From positions 32,001 through 96,000 of the forward strand of contig JAOPTT010000014.1 in the NCBI GenBank assembly GCA_051531975.1: a stretch of 64,000 bases of DNA, in the 5' to 3' direction. This document shows positions 18,420 through 28,488 of this stretch, one piece after another (the first letter of the stretch is position 1; each line of letters begins with the position of its first letter). A program made the position numbers and the translations under genes. Origin of the DNA: Spirochaetaceae bacterium. GTDB lineage: Bacteria; Spirochaetota; Spirochaetia; DSM-2461. The notes beneath the pieces were generated by a model that worked only from the letters and a program-made list of their open reading frames with translations, was not told the DNA's origin and made no database searches.

Positions 18420-20543
18420 AAAATATTCAACAAGTAACATCTTATAATACCTGAAACGTGAGACTCTATCTTTAATAATTGTTCTTGTCTGATCTAGGTA
18501 TAATATAAAAGAGTTTAGCTCTTTATCACCAATAAGTTTATTAAAGTAAAGAACCTTTTCTAGATTGGGAATAAGATCTAGTAGCTCTATCTCAGAACTA
18601 TTAAATTTAAATGAATCTATTCTTTTAGCATACTCTCTATATGTCTCTCCAATTCTAATTTTACTATCCTTGTAATTATAGTAGTATTTAATTGTATCAA
18701 AGACCCTCAGCATCTTCCCAGTTTCCGTTAAACTTAATACATATTTTCTTTTTCTAATAAACAGATATAAAATATAAAACAGAACTAACAGTGGTAAATA
18801 TATAAGATACTTACCAATATATATTTTTTTCTCAGAATTAACTTTATTCTTGGAATTTTCTGATAAATATTCATTTTCTAAAAGTTCTATCTGTTCTAGA
18901 GCCAAATAATTTCTTCCAGGTGTTGGTTCAAACATTATCCAACCTATTTCTGGGAAGTAAACTTCAGGCCATGTATGGGCATCTGAATCATATACTGAGG
19001 CATAACCATCGGATCGATATGTATAATTTGAGGTGTCTACAACTGGTGGTTCAAATGGATTTACATAAAATCCAGAAACATATCTAGATGGAATATCTAA
19101 GGATCTAGTTAATAGAATAAATGCTGAAGCAAAATGCTGACAAAATCCCTCTTTGTTATTAAACAAGAAATTTAGTATTGGATCGACACCCTGTTTTAAC
19201 TCTTCAGTTTTTGTATTGTAGGTATAATTAGCCCTAAGAAACCTCTCAATTGCTAAAGCCTGATCATATTTGTTATCTATACCTTCAGTAATATTTTTTG
19301 CCAGATCTTTAATAAGATCAAAATTCTCTGGTATTTTTGTATATAGCTCTAATACAACAAAAACATCTTCTTTACTTAACTCTCTAGTAAGGTTACTAAA
19401 ATCTACCCCCCCATAATTTGGAAGTATACTTGTAAACTGATATTCAATTCCCTTTAGGATCACATTATCAGAAAAGTAAACACCTCTATTTGGATCATAA
19501 AGAGGAGTTTGATCGGTCTTAAATGTTGATTGTACAATACCATATGTATTAGTAAAAAAGATATTTGTATTAATATTTTTATATATGATACTAGTATCTT
19601 CTAAGGTGTAATATCTATTATATTCAAGGTTATTTATTGAACTTACATTCTGTATATAGTGATTATTTATTTCATTTGTATCCAATTTTAAAATTTTCAT
19701 CCAGTTACCATCTGTATAAACCTCAAAAACATCAGCTTTTAAATAACGAGTATTATTGGTTTTAACTTTTAAAACTTCAATGTTTAAGAATTCTGCTTGG
19801 AAATCGATTGAAGATATATCGCTATTATAATATGAGAGTTTATCTGGTTTGAAGACCTGACTATTATTAGAATTAAACCCTAATACATTAATACTAAAAA
19901 CTTTAGATAATGGATTTGGGTTAATCAAATTAAACATATTAGATAAAGTAAAAACTATAAATATTGTTCCAACACAAATCAAGATATATGGATTAAAAGT
20001 TCTATTTCTATAATTACTTTTCTGATGGAAGATATAAAAATAGTAGATAATTATGGTACATATTAGAACAATAAATGCTTTGTGGTCAGAATTATTCCCC
20101 ATAGATTCAGAAACTATTCCAGCAATTAAAAGTAGTATACTTATGGCAATAATATAAAAATTACTAATTTTTTTATTAGATATTAGAAATTTTAATAACC
20201 ACATAACAGAAATACCAATAAAAAGAATAACAACAAGCTGGTGTCTTAAATCTATACCTAAGGTCTCAACAGTTAATATTAGATAATAGCCCTTTATAAA
20301 TTCACTAATTTTAAGTAGGAGAATATTCAATTTATTATGATATTGCAGATAAGATGCAAATGAAGCTAGGCTAATTGTAATAACCGATAAAAATAACAAA
20401 AACCGTTTTAATGATTTTAAAACCAAAGAATTAAATACAAAACAAAGTATAGATAAAATACCTACCTGTAAAGCTGAAAAGTCGTAACCCATAAATTCAG
20501 TAATAATAAAGATGAGACTAAACCCATATAAAAGTAGGATCAT
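18396..20543 (-). CDS. membrane transglutaminase-like protein (TgpA-like)
   Basis: TM-rich N-terminus; GFCQHFASA, AHTWPEVYF and FEPTP motifs. Start may be 20543 or 20567. Confidence 0.85.
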   Translation of the reverse strand: MILLLYGFSLIFIITEFMGYDFSALQVGILSILCFVFNSLVLKSLKRFLLFLSVITISLASFASYLQYHNKLNILLLKISEFIKGYYLILTVETLGIDLRHQLVVILFIGISVMWLLKFLISNKKISNFYIIAISILLLIAGIVSESMGNNSDHKAFIVLICTIIIYYFYIFHQKSNYRNRTFNPYILICVGTIFIVFTLSNMFNLINPNPLSKVFSINVLGFNSNNSQVFKPDKLSYYNSDISSIDFQAEFLNIEVLKVKTNNTRYLKADVFEVYTDGNWMKILKLDTNEINNHYIQNVSSINNLEYNRYYTLEDTSIIYKNINTNIFFTNTYGIVQSTFKTDQTPLYDPNRGVYFSDNVILKGIEYQFTSILPNYGGVDFSNLTRELSKEDVFVVLELYTKIPENFDLIKDLAKNITEGIDNKYDQALAIERFLRANYTYNTKTEELKQGVDPILNFLFNNKEGFCQHFASAFILLTRSLDIPSRYVSGFYVNPFEPPVVDTSNYTYRSDGYASVYDSDAHTWPEVYFPEIGWIMFEPTPGRNYLALEQIELLENEYLSENSKNKVNSEKKIYIGKYLIYLPLLVLFYILYLFIRKRKYVLSLTETGKMLRVFDTIKYYYNYKDSKIRIGETYREYAKRIDSFKFNSSEIELLDLIPNLEKVLYFNKLIGDKELNSFILYLDQTRTIIKDRVSRFRYYKMLLVEYFLYIRILF

Positions 20544-21706
20544 TAGGCTCTCTCCATAATACAACACTCACTAATGAAAGAACAATTGTAGACCTTTATA
20601 CCTTGGTCTATTAGATCATACAAATTAAAATCTCTATTGTTTTCAGTTTTGGGTGTAATAATATTAATTTCAAATCCCTGCTTTTGCTTTAAAATTAGTA
20701 AGCTATGTAATTCAGAAGTTATATTGGTGGTAAATAAAATCAATACAGATTTATCAGACAGAACTCGGCTAGAATTCTCAATAAGTTTTCTAAATTCATC
20801 ATCTTCATGTTCAAACCTAATATGGGCAAGGGATTTATAAAGTTTGTAAAAATCCAATACAATCTCACCATAGATCCGCTCTTTAGTATAATTATTCCAC
20901 AAAAGTTCAACTTTATTACTGTTATCTAATAGATGTTTACAAATTGTTGTCGCACTTTCTATAATATTATCTTCTATAAATAGACGATTCTCATCTTTAA
21001 TTTGGCAATTATCTATAAAGATTTTTATCTCATGATTTTTATCCCCCTGATATACCTTCGTTATAAAATCACCCTTTGATGCGCTTAATTTCCAATGTAT
21101 TCTACTAAATGAATCTCCAGATTGATACTCTCTAATATCAGAAAAAAGGCTCTGCTGGTTTTTATCAAAGCTCAAAACAGATTCAGATGTTTCTTTTGTT
21201 TTATGGTTAAAATGAAATGACTTTAGGTTATAGATCTTTGGAAAGACTAATACTTTATGAAACTCAACTTCTTGATAGTTAAAATTAAAGAGTCCTAAAA
21301 AACCAATGATTTCTATTTTACTGATACCTATGTTATAACTTCCACGGTGTTTTAACTCTACACATCGTTCTATCTTTTCTGATGAATTTGGATATAAAAT
21401 AAGACTATTTGTAGTGCCATCTTCATAATGTAAAGTCATTGGACATAAAACTAAAAGACCTGGATTAGTTAAAGATACTCTGTAAATTACACTATCGCCT
21501 TTAGTAATGGTATTTTTATTAATAGAGTGTGAAAGACGAAACGAACTATTTGTAATACTAATAAATATAATTTCAGCAATTGGAATTGTTAAAATTATAT
21601 AAAATAACATAGAAGTTACATAACTAGGTCTAATTCTTAAAAGAATAATGGAAAGGAACAGTGAGATAAAATATACTAATAAATTTTTCTTACTAAATTT
21701 ACCCAG
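20543..21706 (-). CDS. DUF58 domain protein
   Basis: IREYQSGDSFSRIHWKLSA. The frame is open upstream of ATG 21610 to a CTG at 21706, so the start is uncertain. Confidence 0.8.
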   Translation of the reverse strand: MGKFSKKNLLVYFISLFLSIILLRIRPSYVTSMLFYIILTIPIAEIIFISITNSSFRLSHSINKNTITKGDSVIYRVSLTNPGLLVLCPMTLHYEDGTTNSLILYPNSSEKIERCVELKHRGSYNIGISKIEIIGFLGLFNFNYQEVEFHKVLVFPKIYNLKSFHFNHKTKETSESVLSFDKNQQSLFSDIREYQSGDSFSRIHWKLSASKGDFITKVYQGDKNHEIKIFIDNCQIKDENRLFIEDNIIESATTICKHLLDNSNKVELLWNNYTKERIYGEIVLDFYKLYKSLAHIRFEHEDDEFRKLIENSSRVLSDKSVLILFTTNITSELHSLLILKQKQGFEINIITPKTENNRDFNLYDLIDQGIKVYNCSFISECCIMERA

Positions 21707-22640
21707 GAATACCTACCCTTTTCAGAATATCAGTAAGTATACTATTGCTAGTTATATTTTCGTACTTAGCTTCAGATTTAACCGATACTCTATGTGAGCA
21801 CACATGAATAAAGATATATTTAACATCGTCTGGAATTACGAAGTCTCTGCCCTGATAAAAAGCCCATGCTTTGGAAACTTTAGCTAACCATAATGTTGCT
21901 CTTGGACTTAATCCAAGAAGTAGATCTTTATTAGTTCTTGTAGCAGCAACCAGGTTTACAATATAATCCATTACATTTTCTGCTATTAATATATTGTTTA
22001 CTAGATTTTTTACTTCCTCTATCTCTTTCGGTGTTGCCATAGACTTAAGAGTATCTAGAGGGTTTGTAGATCCAAAACGTCTAATAATCTCTTTTTCATT
22101 ATCCTTTGTTGGGTAACCAATCTTAATTTTTAATAAAAACCTGTCTAACTGAGCTTCTGGTAGTGGGTAAGTTCCAAGATACTCTATTGGATTTTGTGTA
22201 GCAATTACAAGAAAAGGAGATGGTAGAGTATGTCGAATACCATCAACTGTTACAAATCTCTCTTCCATAGCTTCTAATAACCCAGATTGAGTTTTTGGAG
22301 GAGTTCTATTAATCTCATCTGCTAAAAAAAGGTTTGCCATTATAGCACCCTCTTTATACTCAAACTCTTGGGTTTTTGGATTGTACATTGTGAAGCCAGT
22401 TATATCTGTCGGCATAACATCTGGAGTACAGGATATTCTTTTAAAATTACCACCAATTGTTTTTGATAACGCAAGAGCAAGAGTTGTTTTGCCTGTTCCA
22501 GGAACATCTTCTATCAAAATATGCCCCTCGCATATTAGTGCCATACACATAAGCTCGATAGGCTCTTTGTCCCCTACCATTACCTTCTGTATATTTTCTA
22601 TTATCTGGTTAATTATTACATTTCCAGCTGTTAAATCCAT
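21699..22640 (-). CDS. MoxR family AAA+ ATPase
   Basis: EDVPGTGKT, LADEINRTPPKTQS and GTYPLPEAQLDRF motifs; start MDLTAG at 22640. Confidence 0.93.
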   Translation of the reverse strand: MDLTAGNVIINQIIENIQKVMVGDKEPIELMCMALICEGHILIEDVPGTGKTTLALALSKTIGGNFKRISCTPDVMPTDITGFTMYNPKTQEFEYKEGAIMANLFLADEINRTPPKTQSGLLEAMEERFVTVDGIRHTLPSPFLVIATQNPIEYLGTYPLPEAQLDRFLLKIKIGYPTKDNEKEIIRRFGSTNPLDTLKSMATPKEIEEVKNLVNNILIAENVMDYIVNLVAATRTNKDLLLGLSPRATLWLAKVSKAWAFYQGRDFVIPDDVKYIFIHVCSHRVSVKSEAKYENITSNSILTDILKRVGIPG

Positions 22641-22699
22641 ATTACCTACTCCTAGTAAAAAAAGTATATAATGATTTTTACTAGAAGTAGAGACAAAAA

Positions 22700-23296
22700 T
22701 TATTTTAAAAGTATAATTGCCGATAGACAGCACATAAATCCCATAAAATAGTTAAATATTTTTAAGTATCTACGGTTTTTAAGTATCCTCTTTAATATTG
22801 TTCCAAATCCAGCCCATATAGATATAGAACTGACCCCAAAAAGTAAAAATATTACTAATATATAAACTACGGACTTATAAAATAGTCTACCTTCTAAAGA
22901 ATAAACTGTTATTGCAGTTATACACATTATAATAGCCTTTGGATTTAGTGCCTGAAATAACATTGCTTGGAAAAAATTTAGAGGTTTCGAGACCTTATCA
23001 CTATTTTTTACACCTGCTGAAAAAGCTATTTTATAAGCTAAAAACATCATATAAACTATTCCTATATATTTAAGTACATTTTGAATATTAGGAAACATAT
23101 TAAATAGTTTACTAAGACCAACAGCACTTAAAATATTCATAAATGCTATACCTGTTACAATGCCTAAAATATGTGGAATTGTCTTAATAAAACCAAAATT
23201 AGCTCCAGAAGCTGTTAACATTATGTTGTTAGGTCCTGGAGTTATACTCATACTTACTGCAAAAATAATAACTGGTAAAATAAAATCTAAACTCAT
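22700..23296 (-). CDS. LysE family exporter
   Basis: SITPGPNNIML and FQALNPKA motifs. Confidence 0.9.
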   Translation of the reverse strand: MSLDFILPVIIFAVSMSITPGPNNIMLTASGANFGFIKTIPHILGIVTGIAFMNILSAVGLSKLFNMFPNIQNVLKYIGIVYMMFLAYKIAFSAGVKNSDKVSKPLNFFQAMLFQALNPKAIIMCITAITVYSLEGRLFYKSVVYILVIFLLFGVSSISIWAGFGTILKRILKNRRYLKIFNYFMGFMCCLSAIILLK

Positions 23297-23342
23297 ATTA
23301 AACTCCTTGTATCTTAAGAGTAATTCAGTGATAAAATAGATG

Positions 23343-23379
23343 ACAGATACAGATTATTGATATTTTTTACATAACAGAT
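23343..23379. promoter_or_regulatory. candidate MocR-type operator: three ACAGAT direct repeats
   Basis: ACAGAT at 23343, 23349 and 23374 in the lysE/mocR divergent spacer. Confidence 0.55.
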
Positions 23380-23390
23380 TATCATAAAAT

Positions 23391-24809
23391 ATGAGTTTTA
23401 AGTACGAAACAGTATATAATGATCTACATACAGCCATATTAAGTGGAGTTTTTTTACCAACAGAGAAACTACCATCTTTAAGAAAATCTTCTTTGAACTA
23501 CAATTGTGGTCTATCAGTAATTATTCAGGCATATAATAAATTAGAGTCAGTAGGGTTGATACAATCTGTGGAAAAATCTGGTTATTTAGTCTGTTCTATT
23601 AAAAATACAACTTTACCAACCCCGGAACTAGATAATCACACCCTACTTCCTAACATTTCAAAAGCAAATATTATGACTTCAGAAATTATAGATATGGCAA
23701 TGGATAAAACTATTTTACCATTTGGTGCTGCTATACCAGACGAGTCTATTTTGGAAACAAAAAAACTTACAAAATATATAAGTAGAAGAGCACAAAACAG
23801 TCCAGAAATACTTAGTGGTTATACACCTGCTGGAGGTTCAATTAACTTACGAAAAGAGATTGTAAAATATATGTTTAATAGAGGTGTTGTAATAAATATT
23901 AAGGATATTATAATTACAAATGGCTGCGCAGAGGCTTTATATATATCATTAAAATTAACTACAAAACCAGGGGATACTGTAGCAATAGAGACCCCTACCT
24001 ACTTTAGCCTAATTAGTATGTTAGAGGATTTAGGTCTAAAAGCAGTTGAAGTTCCAACAAAGGCAGATACAGGTTTAGATCTTAACTATTTAAAGAAATC
24101 TCTAAAAGCACACAAAATAAAATCTCTTATATTTTCTTCAACATTCCAGAACCCGTTATGCTCTGTTATGTCCCAGGAAGTATTAGAAGAGTTATATAAT
24201 CTGTCTATTACAAATAACTTCACTCTGATTGAAGATGATATTTACGGTGACTGTGGGTTTAATAAAACAAATTACCATCCAATTAAAGCTATAGATAAAA
24301 ACGGTAGTGTTATTTACTGTTCATCATTTTCCAAGACCCTAAGTCCAGGGCTTAGAATTGGTTGGGTTATACCAGGGTTATTATCAGATAAGTTTCGAGA
24401 GTATAAACAGTTATCATGTCTTGGGGGTCCTGCTCTGCTTCAGGAAGCTCTTGCAGACTATTTTAGAGACGGTTGTTACGACTTGCATTTAAAGTCCTTT
24501 AGAAAAAAGATATATGCTCAGACATATGGTATTAAAAAATTAACCCAGCAGTACTTCCCTGCTGGTTTTAAAATAACAAACCCTAAAGGTGGTTATTTTT
24601 TATGGATAGAGTTTCCTAAAAACCTGGACTCATATAAGTTATATTCATTAGCATACAAAAATAAAATAGGAATAGTTCCAGGTCCAGTATTTAGCATGTC
24701 TGGAAAATATAGAAACTGTATTAGGTTAAGCTGTGCTACGCCAATAACCCCAAGAATCAGTTCTGGTATTAAAAAACTTGGAGAATTGGTACAGATTTGC
24801 CTAGATTAG
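23391..24809 (+). CDS. MocR-subfamily (GntR wHTH plus PLP aminotransferase-like) regulator
   Basis: LPSLR, IEDDIYGD and SSFSKTLSPGLRIGW motifs. Confidence 0.92.
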   Translation: MSFKYETVYNDLHTAILSGVFLPTEKLPSLRKSSLNYNCGLSVIIQAYNKLESVGLIQSVEKSGYLVCSIKNTTLPTPELDNHTLLPNISKANIMTSEIIDMAMDKTILPFGAAIPDESILETKKLTKYISRRAQNSPEILSGYTPAGGSINLRKEIVKYMFNRGVVINIKDIIITNGCAEALYISLKLTTKPGDTVAIETPTYFSLISMLEDLGLKAVEVPTKADTGLDLNYLKKSLKAHKIKSLIFSSTFQNPLCSVMSQEVLEELYNLSITNNFTLIEDDIYGDCGFNKTNYHPIKAIDKNGSVIYCSSFSKTLSPGLRIGWVIPGLLSDKFREYKQLSCLGGPALLQEALADYFRDGCYDLHLKSFRKKIYAQTYGIKKLTQQYFPAGFKITNPKGGYFLWIEFPKNLDSYKLYSLAYKNKIGIVPGPVFSMSGKYRNCIRLSCATPITPRISSGIKKLGELVQICLD

Positions 24810-25309
24810 TGTTCGTCACCACATCCACAACCACATTCGTGATCATGTTCTTCTTGAGCTTCTTTTAACTCTTCAGCTGTAGCATCTCTAACTTCGATTA
24901 CTTTACATGTAAATTTAATGTCCATATCTACATATGGCCCATTGGCATCGATTGTTACTGTATCTTTACCAATAGCCATAATTTCCATCTCTTGAGGTTC
25001 ATCATAGTTATTCATAATAGATAGAGACATACCAACTTCAAAATCTGCTACATCTTCAAATTCTTCTTTTGGTACTGGTATAAATTGTTCCTTGTCTCTT
25101 TTACCATAAGCCTTTTCACATGGGATCTCACCATCGAATGTAAAACCTACTTCCTGCCCATCTAATATATCTTCCATTCCAGGAAGTGTCTGATCCATTC
25201 CATGTAAATAAGAAAAAGGCCCACTTTCTTTCGAGTTATCAATATTGATCTTATTACTATCTTTTAGAGAGTACTCAATTGTTACTAATTTATTATCTGT
25301 TATTTTCAT
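24806..25309 (-). CDS. slyD: FKBP-type peptidyl-prolyl isomerase SlyD
   Basis: SYLHG, EKAYG, VRDATAEEL and a His/Cys-rich tail HDHECGCGCGDEH. Confidence 0.85.
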   Translation of the reverse strand: MKITDNKLVTIEYSLKDSNKINIDNSKESGPFSYLHGMDQTLPGMEDILDGQEVGFTFDGEIPCEKAYGKRDKEQFIPVPKEEFEDVADFEVGMSLSIMNNYDEPQEMEIMAIGKDTVTIDANGPYVDMDIKFTCKVIEVRDATAEELKEAQEEHDHECGCGCGDEH

Positions 25310-25351
25310 GGGCTTATCTTATAGTTTTATTATGTAACATTCAATGTTCCC

Positions 25352-25376
25352 AAAGTTAAGAACCAGTAGATTTATA
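25352..25376. repeat. 25-bp direct repeat copy 1 (AAAGTTAAGAACCAGTAGATTTATA)
   Basis: Exact match to 27680-27704. Confidence 0.9.
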
Positions 25377-25543
25377 TATTTTCAATGATATCTTAGAAAC
25401 GACCCTTCAATTTTAATAATAAATATTGAAAAACATCAGAATATAAAAACTTTTGAATTAAATAGACTCAAAAATATATGTCCAATAATCCCATATGATG
25501 TTATTATTAACATATTTAAATACATACATGAAAAGGATTTATA

Positions 25544-25804
25544 ATGACAATAGATGATATATTTATAAACTTTAACAAGAGGTTAATTATAAAATATGAT
25601 TCAAAAACATACAGTTCATTTTTGAATAAAAACCCTTTTGAAGAGATCGAAGATGATGGAAAATATTCATGTATACATGAATTAATTGAAGAAGGTTATT
25701 TAGAATTCATTTCACTGGATGTAAGAAATGCGATCTCTACAAAATATATTGTAAAATTATCCGATAAAGCTATAAATAAAATAAAAAGTTTATTAACTAA
25801 ATAA
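25544..25804 (+). CDS. hypothetical protein
   Basis: 86-aa ORF with AAAGGA RBS; no family recognised. Confidence 0.55.
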   Translation: MTIDDIFINFNKRLIIKYDSKTYSSFLNKNPFEEIEDDGKYSCIHELIEEGYLEFISLDVRNAISTKYIVKLSDKAINKIKSLLTK

Positions 25805-25857
25805 CAATTTTTAGTAATTTCTCTATTAGTTCTTTCTCTGTCATAAATACATTATAA

Positions 25858-26730
25858 CTATTCGTTTAATAAATTAATAAATTCTAAAGTAATAGACTGC
25901 TTTAATTTAATACTTTCCATATATAGATTTAAATTTTCAGCATTTATCTCTTTTGGTTTTTTAAGAAATTTTCTAGTTTCAAGAGTAAGAACAGATACAC
26001 CATCATGGGAGCCTAATATAATATTTTTAATATCGTTTTTATTATAATATTTATTAACCAATGTAGTAAAAGGAACAAATATATTCTCTTTTCCAGAATA
26101 ATAATTATCGTAATAGATTTTAATACCACCATCTAATTCTAAAACTTTAAAATCCACCCCTTTAACTTTTGCCTTACCTTTTGTTCTAATCTGAAATGTT
26201 CCAGGAAAACCTTTATATACAGCTATTGCATTCCCTAAGAAGTATATAACCGATGAGTTATTAGATTGGGTAAAATATTTTAAACCAAAATAGATTGAGT
26301 ATTTGATATTATCACCTGCTAAACCACTTAACCCCATAGTAAAAGACTGTGTTGAGAAACGTGGGTAAAACGAAACTAGTTTATTAATATTCTCTGGTTT
26401 TTTCTTTGATATTATAGATAAAGGATTATCCCCTACATCCACCATCTCATAAAGAATATTTGGCACAATTTTGTTATAAAACCCAGAGTCTTTTATAACA
26501 TAAAAACCAATTAACAATACTAGAACAGATATTATAACCACGGTCAATAATACAATAAACATAACTACAAACAATTTTAAATATCCAACAAAAATAAGCA
26601 CAGTTAATGCGATAAGAATTGCTGATACTCTTAAAAGAATATACCTAAGTTTACCGTTTTTATCTTTGATATACCCGTTATATTCATTTCTTATTTTTTC
26701 AATTTTATATAAATCTATATCACTGTCCAT
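25858..26730 (-). CDS. hypothetical membrane protein (2 N-terminal TM segments, DUF3137-like layout)
   Basis: 290-aa ORF with two hydrophobic helices. Confidence 0.6.
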   Translation of the reverse strand: MDSDIDLYKIEKIRNEYNGYIKDKNGKLRYILLRVSAILIALTVLIFVGYLKLFVVMFIVLLTVVIISVLVLLIGFYVIKDSGFYNKIVPNILYEMVDVGDNPLSIISKKKPENINKLVSFYPRFSTQSFTMGLSGLAGDNIKYSIYFGLKYFTQSNNSSVIYFLGNAIAVYKGFPGTFQIRTKGKAKVKGVDFKVLELDGGIKIYYDNYYSGKENIFVPFTTLVNKYYNKNDIKNIILGSHDGVSVLTLETRKFLKKPKEINAENLNLYMESIKLKQSITLEFINLLNE

Positions 26731-26799
26731 AAACTAAATTTTGTATAAATTAATATAAATGTAAAGATTTATTTTTATTTATATTATAATTAAACTAAT

Positions 26800-27210
26800 A
26801 TGTTTATAGATTATCTGTTAGAACATAAGGATTTATTAATTCTCTTAACTTCTATCACCATTATTACATTTGTTGGTAGTCTTATCCTTATCCCCCTAAT
26901 TATTATCAACCTCTCTCCCGATTATTTCTCAGAGAAGGGACACTCTCTTTACGAATATAAACATCCGATTATCAGGTATACTGTTTTAATTGTAAAAAAC
27001 ATTTTTGGTTATATTCTATTAGTTCTTGGATTTATTATGTTATTTATCCCAGGCCAGGGACTATTATCCATTACTCTTGGAATATTTTTTATTAACTTCC
27101 CTGGTAAGAAAAAGTTAGAATATAAGGTATTATCCAATAAAAAAGTAAGCAGTGTTATTAATTCAATAAGAAGGAAAGCTGGTAAGGATGAGATAAATTT
27201 TATTAAATGA
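26800..27210 (+). CDS. PGPGW-domain-like membrane protein
   Basis: FIPGQGLL motif and FPGKKKLE. Confidence 0.75.
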   Translation: MFIDYLLEHKDLLILLTSITIITFVGSLILIPLIIINLSPDYFSEKGHSLYEYKHPIIRYTVLIVKNIFGYILLVLGFIMLFIPGQGLLSITLGIFFINFPGKKKLEYKVLSNKKVSSVINSIRRKAGKDEINFIK

Positions 27211-27223
27211 AACGAAATTCATT

Positions 27224-27652
27224 TTATGGAAGTGGAGGTATCATTCTATATTTTTGTTTACTGCTATTTGGCTTTTCTGGGATTGTCATTTCAATAACAC
27301 CTAATTTTATTGCAGGTAAAAGATAATTGTAACGGAAAGTTGGGCGATGTTTTAAACTTAATTCATTCATCATATCTTTGGTAGACATTACCTTGTTTCC
27401 AAGAATACCGAGTAATTTTTCAACTTGTACGCTAACTTGTTCGGTATTTGATAATTCTATAATAGTTTCATAGATCGCTTTAAGTATAAACTCAACAAAA
27501 GGACCGGAATCAGATAACCTATCACAATCACCTAAAACTTTATAATACTCTTCCTGATTCTCTTTAATAACAGTCTCTATTGGCAACCATCCAAAAACCT
27601 TCTTCCACCTATATAACAACAGTGTTTGCCACATACGTCCCAGTCTACCCAA
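27224..27652 (-). pseudogene. 5'-truncated Fic family gene
   Basis: Begins mid-motif (GRLGRMWQ, the tail of HPFxDGNGRxGR). The C-terminal HTH with MTIPEKPNSSKQKYR is intact; the N-terminal half is missing. Confidence 0.8.
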
Positions 27653-27679
27653 GTAATTATGAGTAGACCAGTATAGTTT

Positions 27680-27704
27680 AAAGTTAAGAACCAGTAGATT
27701 TATA
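27680..27704. repeat. 25-bp direct repeat copy 2, overlapping the stop of the ABC-2 permease gene
   Basis: Exact match to 25352-25376. Confidence 0.9.
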
Positions 27705-28487
27705 CTTTGTTACTCCATATCTGAAAAATAGTACTGATAAACCTAAGAAACATAGGCATATTGGTAGACCTAAAGTTGTTAGAAGTTTAGCGGAGCTATA
27801 ATAGTCATCTGATACTTTGTTTAATATTAGAAGCACTGGGAAATATACTGTTATAGCTATTGGAACAATATAGGTGAAGAAGTTAGCAAACCACTTCTCG
27901 TAAATACTTAAGGGGTACTGCCCCATCTGTAAACCACCATATGTAAACGCGTTCATGAACTCAAGACCATCTATTGTCCAAAATGAAAATGTTGCCTGAA
28001 AAAGCAGAAGTGAAAAATAAAGGATAAATACATTTATACTACCTAGAAACATAAGAGAAAATTGCCAAACTGATGTTATATTAAGAATATTAATTGCATA
28101 AATAAATGGAATAAATCCTTGTAAAAACCTTCCTAAATTAGCAGCTTTAAACTCAGAACCAAGGACTAAAACAAAAATTGATCTTGGCCTTACTAATATC
28201 CTATCAAAGTTACCACTACGGATTAGTCCTCCAAACATATCAAAGCCCCTGGCAAAAGCTTCAATAACTGAAAAACCCATATGTAATAAGCCATATAATA
28301 GACAGATCTCTGGGAGAATCCAGCCTTCTATCATCTTAAACCGATCAAAAATAATGTATAACCCTACAACATCGATAAAAGAGGCAAAAAAACTTGCTAT
28401 AACAGACATTATAAAACTAACAGGATACTGCATTTGACTAGTTATCTTTGCTGTTGCTAACTTTATATAAAGTGTAGATTCCTTCAT
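27684..28487 (-). CDS. ABC-2 family permease (DUF990-like)
   Basis: GNFDRILVRPR, QYPLSIY and YKSTGS C-terminus. Confidence 0.88.
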   Translation of the reverse strand: MKESTLYIKLATAKITSQMQYPVSFIMSVIASFFASFIDVVGLYIIFDRFKMIEGWILPEICLLYGLLHMGFSVIEAFARGFDMFGGLIRSGNFDRILVRPRSIFVLVLGSEFKAANLGRFLQGFIPFIYAINILNITSVWQFSLMFLGSINVFILYFSLLLFQATFSFWTIDGLEFMNAFTYGGLQMGQYPLSIYEKWFANFFTYIVPIAITVYFPVLLILNKVSDDYYSSAKLLTTLGLPICLCFLGLSVLFFRYGVTKYKSTGS

Positions 28488-28488
28488 A

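Noticed and set aside
22641..22733. Extended starts in the track for moxR, the ROK-like ORF (31867), glxK (39762), cysK (56242), padR (32981) and lacI (7066)
   Set aside because: They overlap neighbouring genes, promoters or operators; downstream starts fit the RBS position or family N-terminus better.
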